This document shows positions 1-13,420 of a stretch of DNA of 64,000 nt, one piece after another. The notes beneath the pieces were generated by a model. It searched no databases and was not told the origin of the DNA. It saw only the letters and a program-made list of their open reading frames with translations. The DNA lies in NCBI RefSeq assembly GCF_018977255.1, contig NW_024704745.1, positions 61,938,001 through 62,002,000 on the forward strand. Direction: 5' to 3'. The DNA comes from Callorhinchus milii. Lineage: Eukaryota. Position numbers and translations under genes: made by a program. Each line of letters starts with the position of its first letter. The first letter of the stretch is position 1.

Positions 1-633
1 GTATGGAGCCAGGATTTCTTCCCACTCAGCCCCTGTTAATCCTGCCAGGCAAAGCACTCATGTGTAAAATGGTCCTAGCTGGAAAAGCAGCAGAAAGTGC
101 TCTCAATGGCAAGCTATGTGGTTTTAGCTGGTTAAACTCCAGCAGTACCCCAACGCATACTTGGGGGTCCCCAATCCTTGGCTGTTGCCAACCTGCACCT
201 AATACTTTTTGGAATTAAGTAGTGCAGAGTACATCCCTCCAGGGAGTTCCAGATATGCAAATTTCCATGTGTAGGTGGCATGCATGGAACTCTGTCTGAT
301 TTGTATACGTCTGCATATGTCAGACACCGGGCTGACCCAAAAAACATTATCGTATGTTCAGTAATTTTCTTCACATCCTTGAACAGGTATTTACAAACAC
401 CATGTCAGTATTCAAGTCCTTGTGAATCAAAAGATATTTGGGACCCAAAGTAATGACTCCATTGAAAAAGTACAATAGTTTGGGGGAAGGGGGGGGAGAA
501 GGATTTAATATAGAATGTTATTCGAAAGGCAAAGGTAGCAAGCGTTCTGCTTCAGAAAAGAGTTGAGCAGTTAAATTGGATTGACTTTTCGGGGGCAATT
601 TGGATCCGAGAGGAAAATTGGCCGAAACACATT

Positions 634-2630
634 ACAACCGCAACATCAAGATTCCATTTATAGAGCGCCTTTCATGTCGGGAGGACGTCCCAAGGCGCTG
701 GACAGTTGTGTCAGGATCCAAGCAGGGGGGAAATGGTCAGGGTGAGAGGAGGGAAGGGAGGGAGCGAGGAGGGGGGAAATGGTCAGGGTGAGGGGAGGCA
801 AGGGAGGGAGCGAGGAGGGGGTAGAGAGTCGAGAGGGGAGCTGAAGGCACGGTCAAAGAGAAAGGTCTTGAGACCGGCCTTGTAGGAGGAAAGGGAGGAA
901 GCGGCGAAGGCACTGGGGGATGGAGGTCCAGAGCCTAGGGGCTGAGAGGCTGAAGGCCCGGCCACCGATGGTAGGGCGGTTGGGGCGGGGGATGTGGAGC
1001 AGACCTGAGCCAAAGGAATGGAGGGTACGGGCAGGTAGATAGGGGGATAGTAGGTCGGACAGGTAGGAGGGAGCAAGGCCGTGAATGGCCTTGTAGATGA
1101 GGATGAGGATCTTGAATTCGATCCTCTGGGGGATGGGGAGCCAGGGGAGGCGAGCGAGGGTGGGAGTGATGTGTTTCCGAAGCCTGGTGCGGGACAGTAC
1201 ACGAGCTGCAGAGTTCTGAATGACCTGCAGCTTGTGGAGGGAGGTGCCGGGAAGGCCGGCGAGGAGAGAGTTCCCATAGTCCAGCCTTGAGGTGATAAAG
1301 GCGTGGACCAGACTTTCAGCAGCGTGAGGGGTGAGGTAGTGCCGTAGTCTGGCGATGTTCCGGAGGTGATGGAAGGCGGTGCCAATTGTAGCGCGGATAT
1401 GAGGAAGAAAGGAAACTCAGGGTCGAACAGAACCCCGAGGTTCCTGACTGGCTTTGAGAGGTGGAGAGTGCAGCCTTGGATGCTGATGCTGTCAGCGCCT
1501 GAGGTGCGGAGGCGCTGACGTGAGCCAATCAGGAGGGCCTCACTTTTGCGCACGTTGAGCTGAAGAAAGTTGTCTCTCGTCCAGGACTCGATGTCGGACA
1601 GGCAGCTGTCAGGACATCGGTGGTCGTGGAGTTGAGGGTAGAGGAGGAAAGGTAGAGTTGGGTGTCATCTGCATACATGTGGAAGTTAACCCCATGTCTG
1701 CAGATGATGTCACCAAGGGGGAGCATATAGAGGGTGAAGAGGAGGGGAACAAGGACAGAGCCCTGAGGGACACCGCATGAGACAGTGCGGGGGCTGGAGG
1801 AAAAGCCGTTTGTGGAAACAAAATAAAGATGGTGGGAGAGGTACGATCTAAACCACTCAAGGACAAGGCCTTGAAGGTTGAGGTGGGAGGACAAGCGGTG
1901 GAGGAGGATAGCATGGTTGACCGTATCGAATGCTGCCGATAGGTCGAGGAGGACGAGGAGGACGAGGAGGCAGAGGGAGCCCTGGTCGCAAATGGTCAAG
2001 ATGTCATTGGTGACCTTGACCAGGGCAGTTTCTGTGCTATGGGCAGCACGGAAACCCGACTGAAGTGGTTCGAATAATGCATGGGTGGAGAGGAAAGAGC
2101 GCAGCTGGGAGGCGACAACTCTTTCAAGGACCTTGGACAGGAAGGGGAGGTTGGAGATGGGCCGGTAGCTTGATACCTGCGATGCATCAAGGGAGGGTTT
2201 TTTCAAAGTGGGAGTGATGATGGCAGTTTTCAGGGGAATAGGAACAGAGCCAGGGAAGAGGGACAGGTTGATGATGTCTGTGATAAGTGGGGCAAGGAGG
2301 TGGAGCTGAGAGATAAGGAGTGGAGTGGGGATGGGGTCAAGGGAGCAGGTGGTGGGTTTCAGGGACAGGATGAGTTTGGTGACAGAGGGTGGGGAAACGG
2401 GTTCGAACGTGTGTAGGAGAGGATGGGTAGGAGTCGGAGTGTGGGAGGGAAGGGGTGGGGGGTGGATGGAAGTTGGAGGGGGAGTGACTGCCGAGCGGAT
2501 TCCCTTGATTTTGGATTCAAGGAAATCCAGCATCTCCTAGCAGTGAAGGTTGGAGGAGATGACCTGCGCGGCGGGGTGGTGGGGGGGACGGAGGAGTCGG
2601 GATGTGGTAGAAAACAGAAGCCTGAGGTTA
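634..2630 (-). mobile_element. L2-clade (CR1 superfamily) non-LTR retrotransposon, 5'-truncated, with intact 3' end
   Basis: Minus-strand translation shows RT motifs [48 protein letters not shown] and YADD (1664-1675), then RNLGVLFD and LKTFLF. The 3' UTR has the AGCGCCTT..AAGGCGCT stem-loop and a TTG-like tail near 634-700. Homology stops near 2630 (RLLFST), with no endonuclease domain or ORF1. Confidence 0.95.
783..2630 (-). pseudogene. Frameshifted L2 ORF2 (reverse transcriptase and C-terminal region)
   Basis: RT homology is split across ORFs 1529..2533 and 783..1553 and other frames, implying several frameshifts. Confidence 0.9.
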
Positions 2631-3689
2631 CACTGACAATTAAAATGAAGTACAAGGAAGTAGAAGCAAATGTGAAAACAATATTTTGAGATATCAAGAG
2701 AGAGAATATAGTATTGATAGAGGCAGAGATTTATTGGCAGTAATCCAGTCCTACTGTTCTGCTGATAAACAAACTTGGATTTTACTTTCTCATTTTACCA
2801 ACACCTTGATTGGATTACTCCTTGTCATCTATCTGTTGCCAACCATGCAATATCCTCCTTATATTGGCGGATCAGTTCAGCGAGTAGGTGGAAATGTTTC
2901 TGCTGTAAAAAAAACTGCCATTGCAAACGTTATCAGTGGACTGAAGGACATTGTGTTCCGCCACTTCAAAATAAATTTCACAAGATTGTGGTACACTTTT
3001 TTTAATCTGTGGAAGAGTTTATCAACATGTTAATTAAGTTAACTATTCGTTATCTATCAGCAAGAAAAATGTTTCGTTGGTTTACATTACCTTCTCCGTG
3101 AAATGTCTTTGTGAATGTCATTATGGGGATACATGAAGCCATCATATTCCATTATATGGGATGAATATATTCCTGTCACACCTTGCAGTTTATGCAGTTT
3201 TTCAAGTTAATACTCTGTATCATCCAGCTCAGCTGAACTTTGCAAGAAGCTGTATCTTCTCGTTCTATCATTGAGACAGAGGAAATTGAAGTAAAATTAA
3301 GCTACTTGACATTATCTCCAATATCTCTGAGCAGCTCATATTAACCGGGATGAGTAAGAACTCCACGGGACAGAATGTTATGAGAGGGAGGGCATTAGGG
3401 AGGAGTGGAAAGAAGTGTAAGTGGAGGGCAATGGGTCAGGTTACCCAGCCCCTGACAGCCACTGGCAAAACTTCCACCCACACCTCCTTTCCCAACTTAA
3501 CATTTAAAATGTTTTGTAAATATTTTCCCAGTCCTAGCACCATAAAAAATCTTTGTGTCCTGTGGAATATTTGATAATGTGACCCAATCTACAATAATAT
3601 TAATAATAAAAACAAATTAATCCATGCATTTAATAATCTTCATTGGTGATCCTATCTCACCACCCTATCAACCGGGGCAAGTTTTGTAG

Positions 3690-3950
3690 AAATATTCCTG
3701 TATTGTTGTCTGTAATTGAGCAAGAACTACTGAATATTCAACTATTCCCACCATTCAACCCAGACCTGTTACCTTCCATTTTTATATAAAAAAAACTTCT
3801 TTTCCCCACCCACCTCTGTCTTATTACCAGAGAATCTATTCTGTTGCATAGAGTTCCAGGATATCCTTTTGAAAGTAGGGCACCCAAAACTTGCATTCAG
3901 CTGCAGACAACACTAAACTTTATCACAGTGAACTATAATCTGATTCTGCT
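3690..3950 (-). mobile_element. Highly decayed CR1 LINE 3' fragment
   Basis: Weak resemblance to the other minus-strand CR1 3' ends (22236, 42290). Confidence 0.35.
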
Positions 3951-5864
3951 GGAACAAAGAATGCAATAAGGCCTCCACGGGTAATTGATGCAAACAACTG
4001 GGAACAGTCTATACCGGCATTACAGCATTACCAGAGAATTGATGGAGATGCAATAAGCCATTCACCGTATCCACTCAGAGAATGCCCATGAGCCAAGTAG
4101 AAAACTTGCCAAGAGAGAATATATGCCAAGGTTGATTTGTTTGTTTGTGAAAGCAGTCCTTGTGTCTGGCATATAGTGTGTGGAAAACAGGTTAATTACA
4201 CTACCTGTGTAACAGTAGCTCAGTTAAATTGAATTTGGACTCACAACAGTGAGAATCTTACAGAATCTGCAAGCTGACAATGATCCCTCCCTTGAAGGAA
4301 GAGAGGCCTACCCTCAGTGCCTCTTTTAACAATCAAACTGTTGCAAAGAAATTATTAACTTTAAAATGTTTAGTAAATATTTTAAATAAATGTTAAGTAC
4401 TGATTGAATCACCAAAGAGCGAGGAGGATGAGCCATTGAGGAGCTTAATTAGAATACACAGTGGAAATGACAAGATCACTAAAACATCCAGGCTTAATGA
4501 TTGTATCTTTACTGATATCAGTTCCTTCAAACTGGCTCAGTAATGCATCCAAACACTGCTTTGTGGAATATAGACTGCCCCAGAAGGCGCAAAGCCTGAA
4601 TCTATTGGGATGGTTTAAAGGGAGATGGATGGATACTTGAGAATTAAACGTATTAAATGAGTGGGGAAATGGGATTAAAAGATCTGCACTAGTTCCTTCA
4701 TTGTGAAATTCTCCTTACTTTTGCAGAAACAACACAAAAACTCGATCGCACATTCCTCCCTAAGGTGAAAAATTCACACATTTGGGTCAAGAGGTGCCAC
4801 AGTGGACCTTCCCTCTAGTCAAAGTTATTAACCTTGAGGGTTAACACTCAAGATTTCCTATGATAAGTGGACACCCATAAAATTGATAGCTTCACTGACC
4901 AGTGAAATTCTAACCTTACTGTTGACAAAACCAACATTGAGCTAGTTTTTCAGAGGAGCCTGAGTAGACCAGAGATGGTACAAGGTGTTTTAGTATTCCA
5001 TGCGCTCATGCTTTAACAACATCTAAGAGCACTTCAAAAGTTATTACAATTGTTATTACTTCCAAAGTTATTACAAAATTATTACAGAAGTCATAAAATA
5101 ATTTTGAATGAGATGGGTATGTTGCATCTATGAATGAATCTATTCCATTGTCTTTCAACAATAATTTCACTAATGTAATTAATTAGTATTATTACTATTA
5201 ATTGCAATGGCTAATGAGGCCAGTGTTGTTATCCTAGCTGCTGAGCAACTTCTTTTCAACCCTGGATTCTGAAAATATTAAACCCTAATTTGTCAAAGGT
5301 TTTCTGCTTTTTATTAACCAGGTTGAACAAGTAGCTTGTTGTTACCATACTTTAGGCTCTTTTGACTCGTGGAAATGCTGGGTGGTATGGGTACATCTGT
5401 TCTCTTGTCCAAAAATATTGATGCCTTGCTTATTGACCTTAAAGCAACCCTATCAGATAAATCAGATTGAACACGTCTCTTTCACAAGGTTCATTGCTTT
5501 TTAATCGTGGGTTTGTTTGTTTTGCTGTTAATCAAGTCAGTGTGCCTTTCTCACTAAGAGCATGGATTCCTAATCTGGAAATCCAATTTCTACCCCAAAG
5601 TAAAGCTCTGAAATGTTAATGTTAAGAAGCCAAAGAAGAAAACATAAATTAGAAAGTAACCACAAATGAAAGAGACACTCTTGAGTAAGTTTTGCACAAA
5701 GCCATTGTTTTCAAATTTCTAAGTAGTACCTGAATCTGGTGTGTTTAGTATTTTACTTTCCACTGAACTTAGACTGCTTTTTGAACAATTTCTAAGTCAC
5801 TCTGTCAACCTATTTTCCTATTAGGAAGTTTTAGTAAGTGCTCATTTTTTCAGGATTCAAGGTG

Positions 5865-6036
5865 GCTGCACTTAAATCATAATTGTGTTCCCCCCACCAA
5901 AACCTATTCCATTTATTTTTCCAAAACCTCCTCAGTTTCCCCCAACCTTAGCTCCGAGTCCCCATCTGCTGTGTGAAGAGCTTTGAGAACTCCTGATTTG
6001 AAAGACATTATATAAATGTAAATTGTGGTTGTTGTT
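5865..6036 (+). mobile_element. L2 3' end fragment
   Basis: gtgaagagctttgag...tatataaatgtaaattgtggttgttgtt tail preceded by a C-rich 3' UTR. Confidence 0.6.
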
Positions 6037-6051
6037 ATAGGCAAGGCAGAG

Positions 6052-6365
6052 TAAAAGAAAACTTGCAATTTTATAGCACCTTATCGGGTCTAATGTCTCA
6101 AAGTGCTTCACAGATAATTGCTGTCAAGTGTAATGATTATTGTGTAGGCAAACGTGATACTATTTAGCCAGCAAGATCCCACAAACAGCCATCAGGTCAA
6201 TGGCCAATTAATCTCAATGGTTAGAAACTGCATTCTCTTTTCAAATAGTGTCATGGGATCTTTATCGGGTAGATAGGCCATCAGTTTAACATCTCATTCA
6301 AAAGTCAGCAACTTGAGCACAACGCTCCCTATATTCAGCATTGGAGTGTAAGCTTAAATATAGGA
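6052..6365 (-). mobile_element. Old SacSINE1/DeuSINE-like element
   Basis: Reverse complement contains atgagatgttaaactga, gatcccatgacactatttgaa, ctgtttgtgggatcttgctg and the tail ggtgctataaaattgcaag. Confidence 0.75.
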
Positions 6366-6369
6366 GCTC

Positions 6370-6620
6370 AGAAGCTATTTGCTCCCTGTCAGACATCAGT
6401 ACCTGGGTGAGCCACAATTTCTTGCAGCTCAATTGGGATTCAATGGAAGCCATCCTTCTCATTCTCAATTGCTCAGTGGTTTCTCTAGCTCCACCATCCG
6501 TAAACTTCAATTTATCCAAAACTTTGCCACCCGCATCAAACTTTATATCCTGCACCTCATTCCTCGCCAGGCTCCACTAGCTCCCTGTCTCCCACCATGT
6601 GGATTTCAAGGCCCTCTCAC
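6370..6620 (+). mobile_element. Decayed L2 ORF2 fragment
   Basis: Translates to CSLSDISTWVSHNFLQLN and, in another frame, SSSTIRKLQFIQN, both typical of L2 ORF2. Confidence 0.75.
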
Positions 6621-9339
6621 CTAAAAATCAGGAAACAAATCGGGCGAGGACTGTAGGTGACTTGTGCTGATTCAGTAGCTTTTAGTTCCCTTGTTTGTAT
6701 GTTACAAAGCATTTATACCAATGCTATTTCTGAGTGCTTTAACATTAATATTTCCACACATTTAAATTTGTGTCACACCATTTGCAACAGTGTGAAATCT
6801 GGTCACAGTGGTTGAAAGTAGCCATTGGAAAAAATGGTATCAACCAGTTCTGCTCTGTTTGAGACTGGTGCTCAAATTCACCCTGCTCTCTATGCTTAAT
6901 ATGAATTATGAAAATGTTTCTAAAATGTTATTACTGGATTGTTCACAATCCCTTTAACAGATATGGCTGGATTTGCACAAAATGTTTTAATGTGTGACTA
7001 GGTGTATGTTACTGTGGGAATGCTGTAATGTTCCCAATGTTCAGAATTCAGTCATTAGCATCTAACATGTTCCAATTTTGAATCCCAAATTAGGGAATCC
7101 CATTAGAAATTTCCACCCCAGCACCCCCCCCCACCCACCCCACTGCCATCCTGAATCTAAAATATAACCATAAAATTGTTGTCTTTTAAAAAATATTTTT
7201 AAGGATGCTGTATTCTAATTGCAAGCACAGTTTGCCATAACCTACTAAACAGTAAAGAATGTGTTCACCAGAGAAATTTAGTTTTAAATATTTAATCTTC
7301 CTGTTTAGTAATTAAACATTAAGTTAGACCTCCTAATGGCTTTCCATGTGTTCATCACAGCTACCTGCATGAGTTTGCAGTAATTAAGCAATCTGAAGCA
7401 CTGACTGACCCAGAGAGATAGCTATTACATAGTGCGAGTGTCCTTGAAATGTCTTCATCATCACACATTTTCTTTTCTTCATCTCGCTGAAAGCTGGTGT
7501 CAGCACTATTTTGGATCATTCTGTACAAGAGCATTTATTGAAATCTTATAAGGGATGCTGCAGAAATGAGGCGGTGAACAAAACATAGAGGTCAGACAGC
7601 AGGGGGAAGAAAAAGTGCTCTGCATCAGGCTTTTTCACTGTGGAAAATAAAAGAGATATTTGGGGATTTTTTTTGTAAGGTCAAAATGTGATTAGCATCT
7701 GAATAGATCCACAAGTTGAGCTTGCTTTGAGATTGTTATGGCTAAGTCCATGTCATTTAATGTCAGCAGCCATCAAAATTGTGATAAAATTAATAGAACC
7801 CCGAGTGATTGATAACCCAGCTCATCTGCCATTCTAGCAGAAACGTCCCAGTGGCCCAGTTGCGAGAGACAATGGTTAGATCATTTCTGAAAGGAGCCCA
7901 TTTGAAAGATGTGACTGTGTGCTTTAATTAGTTCCTGAAATTTGTGACAGCCTTCTCTTATACAAACGACATGATTTGTTTACTAATGCAAGCAGAAGTG
8001 ATGTACGTTTCAGCTGTAATGAGCGATAGATGGGCTGTGCATTCATTATTTCCAGTTCCAAATCAGAATAAGATAAGAGCTTGTGTATTCATGCTCACTG
8101 GCATAGTACAGGTGCGTATTGACCGACTGCCAAGTAACCTTTGCCCCCAGGTATTTTGGGGATTTGGGGATAATTCTACAAGCAAATGTCAAATTTGCAT
8201 AGTCTGATTATTAATGAGTTGATAAAAAAACATTGGAGTGGCTACGGATGTCAGGTTGACAAGTCGCACCAAGCAATTTAAAGTCCAAGTGAGTTAATAT
8301 CCAGTTGTTTTATAATTGCAGATAATGAAACAATAATGAATAGGAGGGGTTGAAATTATTGCAGTGGCTGGCTGGCTGGCATATATTTCAGCATCATCTG
8401 AAGTGTTGTCATCAGTCTCAAGTTCATTATAAATAGATATGAATTCTGAAAAATATGCTGTCTACAGCTCTCACTGGATACTGGATGAGAGCACTTCCTT
8501 AGATTGGGTATTGACTTTTTAATAGTTAATAGACGATTGGAAGTATTTGGTGCTTTAATAAAGCAGGGTGCTCTTCACAATGTTACAGTGCAAAATCATT
8601 GCTGCACGTTTAGTTCATAGCCTTAGAGGAGAGCTTCGCAGTAGATGATAAGTGACAAGGTTTGGGATTTGGTTAAATTATTGAAGTACTCCAATGCCTT
8701 CTGTAATCAAACGTTAAAAAGTAATGGCTAAATGAGGGTAGAATTGTGCTATATTTCTTACTGTCATCCTTTCACTATGTGTGCGCATCTGTAACATTCC
8801 CCACTCGCTCTGTCTCACCACCAGTGGCCCAGCCTTCAGCTCCTAAGACAGTTAAAAGCACTTTCCCCATTCTGTACCTTTTACATCAAACACCAATGTA
8901 CACCAAACAACGGTAAATGAACAATATATGTCTTCTTTGATGGTGAAGAAAGCAACTATTGCACCAAGGTTGAACATGTGCAGTGCATAAGTTCATTCAT
9001 CATTCTTGATTTGATTTACATTTGGTGAGGCCAGTGGATCTAATGGGGAAGCCATATCATGCAAATAGGTCAGTTAGTGAACGTGTGTCAAGTTATTACT
9101 CCAAATAATTCAAATCCTAATCCAAATTTAATGCGTTAACCCTGACGAGTATTTGAATGTGTCAGTCAGTAATATAACTTGTGCATATTACAATTCTCAG
9201 AGAGCTGTATTTGGATTATCTCAAATATGGAAAGTACATTACATGTTAATTCTTATTCTACTGAGCTAATAAATGGGAGCATCCTATTGTTAGTATAATT
9301 AATGCCATACTTAGTTAACTGAGTTAAAGGTTTATTATT

Positions 9340-9510
9340 TAACATGCTTTTTATCATGCTTTCTGCTATCCTCCCCCTCACCCACCACTCAACCCTCCAC
9401 CCCTCTTGATTCCAACCCCAACTTGGATGAAAGCCCCTAATTGCCCAGCATTTTGGGAAATCTTTCCGACGTGAAAGGCGCTCTATAAATGTAATTTTGT
9501 TGTTGTATTG
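9340..9510 (+). mobile_element. L2 3' end fragment
   Basis: C-rich UTR followed by ccgacgtgaaaggcgctctataaatgtaattttgttgttg, matching the tail of the 634-2630 element. Confidence 0.75.
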
Positions 9511-12186
9511 ATAAAGGTACAAAACACTGTATAAAGCTCCAGCTACTGTAATTTAAATGTGTCATTGAAGTAAAGCATTGCAATATATTTTAGTGGAGAT
9601 CTTACTCCATTTCATTGCATTTTATGCTAGTTTTACAAAGTGTCTTCCAACATAGTTAACTTTTCATAGCACCAGAGAGAACAAAAAAGAGAAAATCTCC
9701 ATGCCCTACCAGGTATTACCTGGTTCAGTTGATAGCACTCGCGATTTGGAAGATTTACTGTAAAGCTGCCCTTTACAGTAAAATTATTGTGAAGTGAGAT
9801 GTTTCAACATGATAAGATGGATTTTATTATTGTGCCCAATTAACTGGAACATTTGTTTGTAAAAGATTTCTTAAGTACCATTAGGTTTCCACTCTATAGT
9901 GTTTAACTTGCATTGGGGTTTCCTTCACGGGGCTGCATTGATACGGGAGTGGATGAAAGGCTGATACAAGGAGTGAAAGAGTAAAGGGACTGGTGGGTTA
10001 ACATACATAAATCCTTTATACTGGTTCTTAATTGTATATTTGAAGGCATCTGTGACTGTCTGCATGTGGTTATCCCAATTTGCAAATTTTCCACATGGGT
10101 TACTGCAAATTGATTTCATTGTAGAAAAATGTCATTGGACTTTAAACATCCATCACCAATCCAGCAGAAAAACTGAAAATTGCTTTAAAACAATAGTTTA
10201 CTTTCTTTCTTGAATTCCAGCACCTTCGGACATCCTCCCGACGTGAAGCATAACTATACAAATGTAACTTGTTGTTGTATTTGTTGTTGTGTCTGGTAGC
10301 AATGACAATGTAACTGTAGACATTGTGAAAAGTTATGGTATGTTAACTTGTTTCCTGGAAGACAGAATAAAAATATTACTAACTTTAGCAACCTGCATAT
10401 GGTGCGCTCAGGAAAAAAGCTTATTAAGCGGATATTTAAACCTTCGATTAAAGGGAAGGGTAGTGAGGCCAACTTATTGAAATGCAGGTTAAGTGGTGGC
10501 CATCTAGCATGTTGGTTGCCGTGCTATGGTGTTGAGCTGTCATTTTAAGTTAAGACAGTACAGCATTGCCGTTCAATAAAATGAATCTGAGATCCAAGAA
10601 ATATAATGAAAGCAGTAGGAATTCTTTGGTGTGCATTCCATCACACCATCTATGTGAGGTTTGGAAAGGCAATTGTCACATGGCCTCAGGCCAAACCATT
10701 CCCTTTGCACATACTACTCTGAGTAATATATAACTGCAGGGGAGAAAGGATAGTATCCATTTAATAAACGTCTGATACTCTGAAGATAAAAAACGAAGAT
10801 CACCAGGAGCACAGAGATTTACGATTTATAAAAAAGTTAATGTTACCTGATTTGTTTAAGTTATTTGTGGGTGAAGATAGTGTACAGGACGTCTTTCCCC
10901 ATGAATAATATTAGTTACTTCCATCAGGCTACTGTTAAATATAATTTCTCCTTAAAATCACTAGAGGGCTCTGTGACGGTTGCTGAAGATTGACTTTCAA
11001 AGGTATTGAGAAGTGTCTCGTGTCACAAAACAGAGCGGTTCAATTGGTGGTTGATGTAACATTTATTACTACATGGCAGTGTGAAAATGTCTGTTTACAA
11101 ATTGTTGTAGGTGATGCTGCAGATATTATAGTTTAAAAGAAAGTGTGAAACAGTTGAGTGAAATGTTCCTATGTTTATTATATTCTGGGAAAATGATGAA
11201 CGTAAAAACTAATGGATCAAATCATTTAAGTAATGGAAATGGGCTCATAAATGAAATAATCAAAATATTTTATTTTTTGATTTGCATTCTCATTTTAGTT
11301 CCTGATTCTATCATTTAGGTCAAGTGGGTGGAACAACAAGAGATTCATGAAGTTAAAAAAAGAGACAAAGTTGTTTTGCCCAACTCCCCATTCCTTTCAA
11401 AACGTTCATCGTTCTTTGAACCATTGGGTAAGTACAGTAGAACTCCTTAATAACATGCTTCATTATTATGCAGATTTGCTTGTAGGGTATTTGCGATGCT
11501 GATCCCAACATTTTCTTAGCAAAAATGTTAAATCCAAGTACTTGCATCGATGTTTTGATGTCAAAATGGCCAACTGCCAGGTCATCAGGTCATTGCTGAT
11601 GCCACTTCCTCCGTGTTCACTCACAAGGTGACATCAACAACAACTTAATGACTTCCACCCAACATGAAAATTGCCATATCAAAAGGATTATTATTACTAT
11701 TGTTACAATTATTATTATTAAACACTGATCTGCAGGAATTCTCCTCTGAGGTGATTAATTTCGAGTTCAGAGGGGTACATTTCCAGTTATGATTAGGAGG
11801 CACTAACTGTGACTCCATTTGCGAATACCACATATTAGACCTCAGAGTGAATATATCCCATACTCATTGAATGCTATTGTGGAAGCAATGATTTTTTTTT
11901 GCCAAACATTTGTTACAAGTGAAATCCACCATCTCATGATTTTAGGGAATATTCTTTTTACTGGACTACCATTTCTCTGTTGACTAACACCATTCTGCTT
12001 TTGAAATGAGCTTCAGCTACACATTATTAGTTTTATCATTATTAATATATTTAACTGTTTGGGTTTGTACTCAAACTCTCTTCCCATCCTTCACCAGCAT
12101 TTTAAGTTGGGAGGTAAGGGGAATTCCTTTTGCTGGTCACCGGGGCTGTTACAAAAGAGACATTTATTCAAAACTTGCACAATGGT

Positions 12187-12540
12187 GGAGTCCTGTCGCT
12201 CAGTGGTCAAAGCACTCGGCACACTAAGCGAGAGGATCTGGGTTCAATTCCCAGGCAGGGCGAAATGTTGGGCAAGTCTTCTTATTCCATATGCCTCTGT
12301 TTACCTCTTAGTTGATTGGTGAATCACTTTTCCGGAGGTAATAATCCCTTAAAAAATAATAATAATAATTTGGTCACTCAATCCATGACTGTTTGTGGGA
12401 CGCTACTGTGTGCAATTGGCTGCCGCATTTCGTCCACAAAATATACAGTCAATTCACTTTACAGTATATTCTGTGAAGCACTTTGAGATGTCTCGTAGAC
12501 GTGATAAGGCGCTATATCAAATGCAAGGATTATTATTATT
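12187..12540 (+). mobile_element. Young tRNA-derived SINE, near full length
   Basis: GGAGTCCTG head with A box and B box (ggttcaattcc), body shared with the copies at 25959, 41603 and 45200, L2-like tail and (TTA)n. Confidence 0.92.
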
Positions 12541-13239
12541 TTGTAATGCAATCTGCACGATCCAACTTGACAGTTTGTAAATGTATTTGTCGCTGTTACT
12601 TGAGGTATGTTCCACCATTCCATCCAGCTGGGAGCTGGCAAACCTCCTCGCAGACATATTGTGAGGAGCAATTGTGTCAGCCAAGGCTGGGGTGCAAAAC
12701 CATAAAAACTGAGACGTGATGTGAGCAATTTAACATTGGTCTACTGAGATGTTCTCACTGTCATCTGCATTGTGCAGGCAGCCTTGCTCTCTTCTACCAG
12801 AATGAGGAATGCCACTTACTTGACCTCTTTTATTAGATTTTACTCCCCTGAAGGAAAGCTGTCACTACATTTGGGAGGTTTCAGGCAAACTTGGTTTCTG
12901 AATCAGTCATTCTGAATTCAATCTGAATCAGTAACAGTTTCAGATACTCTGCTGGACTGGCACAGTACTAGTTTCTTTGTCAGTTTCATACTGTTATGTT
13001 TTATGTTATGTGTAATGTTATGTTGCCAGGAACCAAAGTGATCACAAGATCAAGCTACAATAATTACTGCACATGTCCTTGAATCATTTTTTAAAATTTG
13101 AATCTTAAAATGTTACAACAATGATTTTTCAATTATATAGCTTCTTATATAGCAGGTATGAGGGAAAGGGGAATAGAGTTGTATGGAAGAGATGATTAGA
13201 AGAGGTGAAGGCACATGTGAAGCGTAAACACTGGCATAA

Positions 13240-13420
13240 ACTAGTAATGCAATGTGATAGCGCCTTTCACATACAGAATGTTTCGAAACACTTAACAAAG
13301 ACTGAGTGGGAGCCTGTGCTGAAATGGAGATGAGGTTGAGGTAGGGGAAACTAGCCAAAGGCGCAGTCAAAATGATAGGTCTTTAGATGTTGGGGTGGAG
13401 TGGGCTGGAGGCATGAAGCA
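13240..13420 (-). mobile_element. Old L2 3' end fragment
   Basis: atagcgcctttcacat tail motif followed by a purine-rich UTR and gtcaaaatgataggtctttaga (LKTYHF-like on the minus strand). Confidence 0.55.

Noticed and set aside
1081-2689. Plus-strand ORFs (1081..1290, 1878..2063, 2325..2540, 2423..2689)
   Set aside because: They are antisense shadows of the L2 ORF2.
2686-3033. 115-aa ORF next to the L2
   Set aside because: No recognisable motif or convincing splice sites, and the composition is that of AT-rich non-coding DNA.
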